64,000 nucleotides of DNA, from the NCBI GenBank assembly GCA_027337125.1, contig GCA_027337125.1_3057.1; one strand, written 5' to 3'. Position 1 is the first letter of the stretch. Every line of letters begins with the position of its first letter. The notes beneath the pieces are model-generated. The model was given only the letters and a program-made list of their open reading frames with translations, did not search any database and had not been told where the DNA came from. Both the position numbers and the translations under genes were made by a program. Of this stretch, positions 59,924 to 64,000 are shown in pieces. The DNA comes from a phage.

Positions 59924-60235
59924 ATGTTTTATGTATATGCGATAGTGTATAGAGATAAAGATGGTTTTGCGGTGCCTGTTCCTCTTGATGAACATCGCCC
60001 TGCTGTATTTTTTGAAAGGGAGATTGCTGATAAAGTATTTACAACTCTTAAAGAGCAGTATCGACTAGCTTTAGGTATGGGAATTCCTAGATTAGTTGAG
60101 ACTCCACGCAAGTTTTGGTTTAATAAAATAGAAGTTAAACATGTTAAGCCTGATGTAGACACACAAAGATTATATCGGCGAATTTTAGATACTGGGCGTA
60201 TTGTTAGTATACCAATTGCAGGGAATTTACGATGA
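59924..60235 (+). CDS. hypothetical protein (dda.1 position)
   Basis: 103-aa ORF immediately upstream of dda. Confidence 0.5.
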   Translation: MFYVYAIVYRDKDGFAVPVPLDEHRPAVFFEREIADKVFTTLKEQYRLALGMGIPRLVETPRKFWFNKIEVKHVKPDVDTQRLYRRILDTGRIVSIPIAGNLR

Positions 60236-61551
60236 CATTTGATGATTTGACCGAAGGCCAGAAAAATGCCTTTAACATTGTTATGAGGGCTATTAAAGAA
60301 AAGAAACATCATGTAACTATTAATGGACCTGCTGGTACCGGTAAGACTACTCTTACTAAGTTCATCATTGAAGCTTTAATATCTACAGGCGAAACTGGAA
60401 TTATTTTAGCAGCTCCTACACATGCAGCTAAAAAGATTCTTTCAAAACTATCAGGGAAAGAAGCGAGTACTATTCACAGTATTCTTAAAATTAACCCAGT
60501 AACATACGAAGAAAACGTTCTTTTTGAGCAAAAAGAAGTACCGGATTTGGCTAAATGCAGGGTATTAATCTGCGACGAAGTGTCAATGTATGATAGAAAG
60601 CTATTTAAAATTTTGCTTTCAACTATCCCGCCATGGTGTACTATAATTGGAATAGGCGATAATAAGCAAATTAGACCTGTTGACCCAGGAGAAAACACTG
60701 CTTATATCAGTCCGTTCTTTACGCACAAAGACTTTTATCAGTGTGAACTCACCGAAGTTAAACGCAGTAATGCTCCTATTATTGATGTAGCTACTGATGT
60801 TCGCAACGGTAAGTGGATTTATGATAAAATTGTTGACGGACATGGAGTACGTGGATTTACTGGTGATACCGCTTTACGCGATTTTATGGTAAATTATTTT
60901 TCAATCGTCAAATCACTAGATGATTTGTTTGAAAATCGTGTAATGGCATTTACGAATAAATCTGTTGATAAGTTAAATAGCATTATTCGCAAAAAGATTT
61001 TTGAAACCGATAAAGATTTTATCGTTGGTGAAATTATTGTAATGCAGGAACCATTAATTAAAACATATAAAATTGATGGAAAGCCTGTGTCAGAAATTAT
61101 TTTTAATAACGGGCAATTAGTTCGTATTATAGAAGCAGAATATACATCAACATTTGTTAAAGCTCGTGGTGTTCCTGGAGAATATCTAATTCGTCATTGG
61201 GATTTAACAGTAGAAACTTACGGCGATGATGAATATTATCGTGAAAAGATTAAAATAATTTCATCTGATGAAGAGCTGTATAAGTTTAACTTATTTTTAG
61301 GTAAAACTGCAGAAACTTACAAAAATTGGAATAAAGGCGGAAAGGCTCCATGGAGTGATTTTTGGGATGCTAAATCACAATTTAGTAAAGTGAAAGCACT
61401 TCCTGCGTCAACATTCCATAAAGCTCAGGGCATGTCTGTAGATCGTGCTTTTATCTATACGCCTTGTATTCATTATGCAGACGCTGAACTAGCTCAACAG
61501 CTTCTTTATGTTGGTGTCACTCGTGGTCGTTATGATGTGTTTTATGTATGA
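60232..61551 (+). CDS. dda: DNA helicase Dda (SF1B)
   Basis: 439 aa; Walker A GPAGTGKTT; matches recalled T4 Dda. Confidence 0.95.
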   Translation: MTFDDLTEGQKNAFNIVMRAIKEKKHHVTINGPAGTGKTTLTKFIIEALISTGETGIILAAPTHAAKKILSKLSGKEASTIHSILKINPVTYEENVLFEQKEVPDLAKCRVLICDEVSMYDRKLFKILLSTIPPWCTIIGIGDNKQIRPVDPGENTAYISPFFTHKDFYQCELTEVKRSNAPIIDVATDVRNGKWIYDKIVDGHGVRGFTGDTALRDFMVNYFSIVKSLDDLFENRVMAFTNKSVDKLNSIIRKKIFETDKDFIVGEIIVMQEPLIKTYKIDGKPVSEIIFNNGQLVRIIEAEYTSTFVKARGVPGEYLIRHWDLTVETYGDDEYYREKIKIISSDEELYKFNLFLGKTAETYKNWNKGGKAPWSDFWDAKSQFSKVKALPASTFHKAQGMSVDRAFIYTPCIHYADAELAQQLLYVGVTRGRYDVFYV

Positions 61552-61572
61552 TTAAATTTGAGGAAGCTATTC

Positions 61573-61818
61573 GTGGAAATAACTAAAGACCAGTTTTATC
61601 TGCTTCAAGATAAAGTAAGCGAAATTTATGAAATAGCTTATAGTAAAAATCGTAAAAACGTGAAAATTGAATCAGGCAAGTTAATGCTTCAATTGGAAGA
61701 AATTGAACGAGATTTGATTGCGTTAGAATTCTTTTGTGGTGAAGTGAAAACTGTTACAATCAGTGATTACGTTTTAGGTGAAATTAGCCATCTTTATAAG
61801 GCGGTTATTAATGATTGA
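61573..61818 (+). CDS. hypothetical protein (paralogue of next gene)
   Basis: GTG start 7 nt after GAGGAAG; C-terminal pattern LEEI...DY.LGEI shared with following ORF. Confidence 0.45.
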   Translation: MEITKDQFYLLQDKVSEIYEIAYSKNRKNVKIESGKLMLQLEEIERDLIALEFFCGEVKTVTISDYVLGEISHLYKAVIND

Positions 61819-62053
61819 ATTAAGTTTGCATCAGTTTAAATCTCTTATGACAAATGTTAAAGCTGTCATTCAAGAAAATTCAGGACCTGATAATGTTACT
61901 ATTCGCGAAAAAGCTTTAAAGATAGTATACAGTCTTGAAGAGATACAAAAAGATATTGAATCTATGGCAAAATTTATTGATGAGCCCATTAATAAAGTTT
62001 ATATCCAAGATTATACTGTAGGTCAAATTCGCGATTTAGCGAGGAAAATTTAA
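61811..62053 (+). CDS. hypothetical protein (paralogue of previous gene)
   Basis: ATG overlapping previous stop; shared C-terminal motif SLEEIQKDI...YIQDYTVGQI. Confidence 0.5.
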   Translation: MIELSLHQFKSLMTNVKAVIQENSGPDNVTIREKALKIVYSLEEIQKDIESMAKFIDEPINKVYIQDYTVGQIRDLARKI

Positions 62054-62736
62054 TGTTTGATTTTATTATAGATTTTGAAACAATGGGAAGCGGTGAAAAG
62101 GCAGCTGTTATTGATTTGGCTGTTATTGCCTTTGACCCTAATCCAGAAGTAGTTGAATCATTTGATGAATTAGTTTCGCGCGGCATTAAAATCAAATTTG
62201 ATTTAAAAAGCCAAAAAGGACATCGTCTTTTTACTAAAAGCACTATCGAATGGTGGAAAAATCAGTCTCCTGAAGCTCGAAAAAATATTGCACCATCAGA
62301 TGAAGATGTAAGCACTATCGATGGTATTGTAAAATTTAATGATTACATCAATGCACATAACATCGATCCTTGGAAATCTCAAGGATGGTGCCGTGGAATG
62401 TCGTTTGATTTTCCAATTTTAGTCGATCTCATTCGCGATATTCAACGTCTTAATGGCGTTTCTGAGAATGAACTTGACACATTTAAGTTAGAACCATGTA
62501 AATTCTGGAATCAGCGTGATATTCGTACCAGAATTGAAGCACTTCTCCTTGTTCGTGATATGACCACGTGTCCTCTTCCAAAGGGAACTTTAGATGGATT
62601 CGTTGCACATGATTCTATTCATGACTGTGCGAAAGACATCTTGATGATGAAGTATGCTTTGCGATATGCTATGGGTCTTGAAGACGCTCCGTCAGAGGAA
62701 GAGTGCGATCCTCTATCTCTTCCAACAAAACGATAA
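62053..62736 (+). CDS. dexA: exonuclease A DexA (DEDDh 3'-5' exonuclease)
   Basis: 227 aa; exo I motif IDFETMG; matches recalled T4 DexA. Confidence 0.9.
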   Translation: MFDFIIDFETMGSGEKAAVIDLAVIAFDPNPEVVESFDELVSRGIKIKFDLKSQKGHRLFTKSTIEWWKNQSPEARKNIAPSDEDVSTIDGIVKFNDYINAHNIDPWKSQGWCRGMSFDFPILVDLIRDIQRLNGVSENELDTFKLEPCKFWNQRDIRTRIEALLLVRDMTTCPLPKGTLDGFVAHDSIHDCAKDILMMKYALRYAMGLEDAPSEEECDPLSLPTKR

Positions 62737-62742
62737 AAAGTT

Positions 62743-62772
62743 GTTTACTTCCTCGGTTAGTTGTGGTATTAT
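62743..62772 (+). promoter_or_regulatory. early promoter
   Basis: GTTTAC-17 bp-TATTAT. Confidence 0.55.
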
Positions 62773-62799
62773 AACACCATAGTTACTGAGGATAATAAA

Positions 62800-63300
62800 A
62801 TGAAAATTTATCGTGTTGAATCATCGTTTAGTATTCTTGATTATGAAGATGCTATAACAATACGTCGAAATCTTTGTGTTCAAATAACACCGTACAGGAG
62901 TATAATAGATTCATGGAGCGAAGAGTGGCTATTACACGTAGGTTATGACAGACCTAATTTTATGCATCATAGCGATAATAATAAAAGAATTCCTTTACCA
63001 CACGAAGATAAACTATTAGTTAAAAACGCTAATATAGTAATTAATACTAAGTTCAAGAAAGATTATGTTGGAGTAGAATATCATATTCCAGGATGGTTTA
63101 TAGCTCTTTATCATTTTGCTTTCGCTAGTGAATATGATATGATGAGATGGTTCACACGAGAAGAGCGGGAAGAATTATCTTCTAAAGGATTTTATCTCGC
63201 TGTATACGAAGTTCCTGAAGATGAAGTTATCATTGGCGGGCACCAAGTAATGTTCCGTAAATCCCATGCTGAACTCGTAGATTTTATTGAAATGAGATAA
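62800..63300 (+). CDS. hypothetical protein (motB position)
   Basis: ATG after GAGGATAAT; ORF-track upstream start lies in promoter. Confidence 0.5.
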   Translation: MKIYRVESSFSILDYEDAITIRRNLCVQITPYRSIIDSWSEEWLLHVGYDRPNFMHHSDNNKRIPLPHEDKLLVKNANIVINTKFKKDYVGVEYHIPGWFIALYHFAFASEYDMMRWFTREEREELSSKGFYLAVYEVPEDEVIIGGHQVMFRKSHAELVDFIEMR

Positions 63301-63302
63301 TT

Positions 63303-63845
63303 ATGAAATTTAATTATAATCCTGAATATACACCAAATCCGGTAGCTAAACTGATTGATTTTGATGTTGTAAGCACTTATGTATGCCCTGTTAAACCACT
63401 GGAAATTAAGGAATCTACTATGACTACCGCTATTGAAATCGGCAAAACCTACAAACTAGTTGAACCTGAAATTAAAACCAATGCCTTGATTTCCGGCTAT
63501 AAAACTTTGACTGATGTTTTTGGCGAAGGCGAATTTACTGTTGAAGACTTTGGAAAAAGTAAATGGTTTACTAAATCTTATATTGTCCACGGTCGTCGTT
63601 TAGACAATAACAAAATAGAGAAAATCCTGGTTTATGAAGCAGAGTTCATCCTGTTCCAAGAAGTTGAAGAACAAGACCCTACAGACCTTCTAACTCGTGC
63701 TATAGCTATCAAGACTCCATTTATTTCGGTCTGTGGTTGGGTAACAGACCAATGGATTGAAGATGGCGTTGAACTTCTGAACGTTGTTCATGCAGGTGAT
63801 TTTAGTGTAGTACCTCGTAGTGCGGTGGTAGCTATTTTGAATTAA
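63303..63845 (+). CDS. hypothetical protein
   Basis: 180-aa ORF. Confidence 0.5.
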   Translation: MKFNYNPEYTPNPVAKLIDFDVVSTYVCPVKPLEIKESTMTTAIEIGKTYKLVEPEIKTNALISGYKTLTDVFGEGEFTVEDFGKSKWFTKSYIVHGRRLDNNKIEKILVYEAEFILFQEVEEQDPTDLLTRAIAIKTPFISVCGWVTDQWIEDGVELLNVVHAGDFSVVPRSAVVAILN

Positions 63846-63847
63846 TA

Positions 63848-63883
63848 GTTTACAAACTCTTGGGACCAGAGTATAATGGTCCC
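63848..63883 (+). promoter_or_regulatory. early promoter with -10 bracketed by inverted repeat
   Basis: GTTTAC-17-TATAAT; arms GGGACC / GGTCCC. Confidence 0.55.
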
Positions 63884-63921
63884 GCGGAGTATAAAATCTT
63901 TTTAACAAGTGAGAGATAACT

Positions 63922-64000
63922 ATGATTATTAATATTGGTGAAATTGCTCGTGTATCTGATAAATCCCGTTCTAAAGCAGCAGGAAAATTGGTCGAAATTG
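63922..64000 (+). CDS. hypothetical protein, N-terminal part (runs off window end)
   Basis: ATG after GAGAGATAAC; open to window end. Confidence 0.35.
   Translation, partial: MIINIGEIARVSDKSRSKAAGKLVEI

Overview
This window reads as a T4-like (T-even, Tevenvirinae) phage early region, collinear with T4 from gene 1 through the tRNA cluster, lysozyme e, regB, tk, the nrdC block, 49, nrdD/nrdG, 55, a-gt, 47/46, 45/44/62/regA, 43, imm, 42, uvsX, 41, the dmd-sp island, 61, dam, 56, soc, modB/modA, dda and dexA. All identifications rest on reading the translations and motifs by eye and on recalled T4 sequences; no database search was run. Almost every gene is on the + strand, with eight tRNAs, five free-standing homing-endonuclease genes and about twenty early promoters of the form GTTTAC, 17 bp, TAtAaT. 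No single clear-cut novel system stands out. The best candidates are a PD-(D/E)xK nuclease-like ORF translationally coupled to dam, a nucleotidyltransferase plus AAA+ ATPase pair flanked by homing endonucleases, covarying inverted repeats that bracket the -10 of early promoters, and the only antisense gene in the window. Coordinates of non-coding features are anchored to ORF-track start codons and may be off by a base or two.
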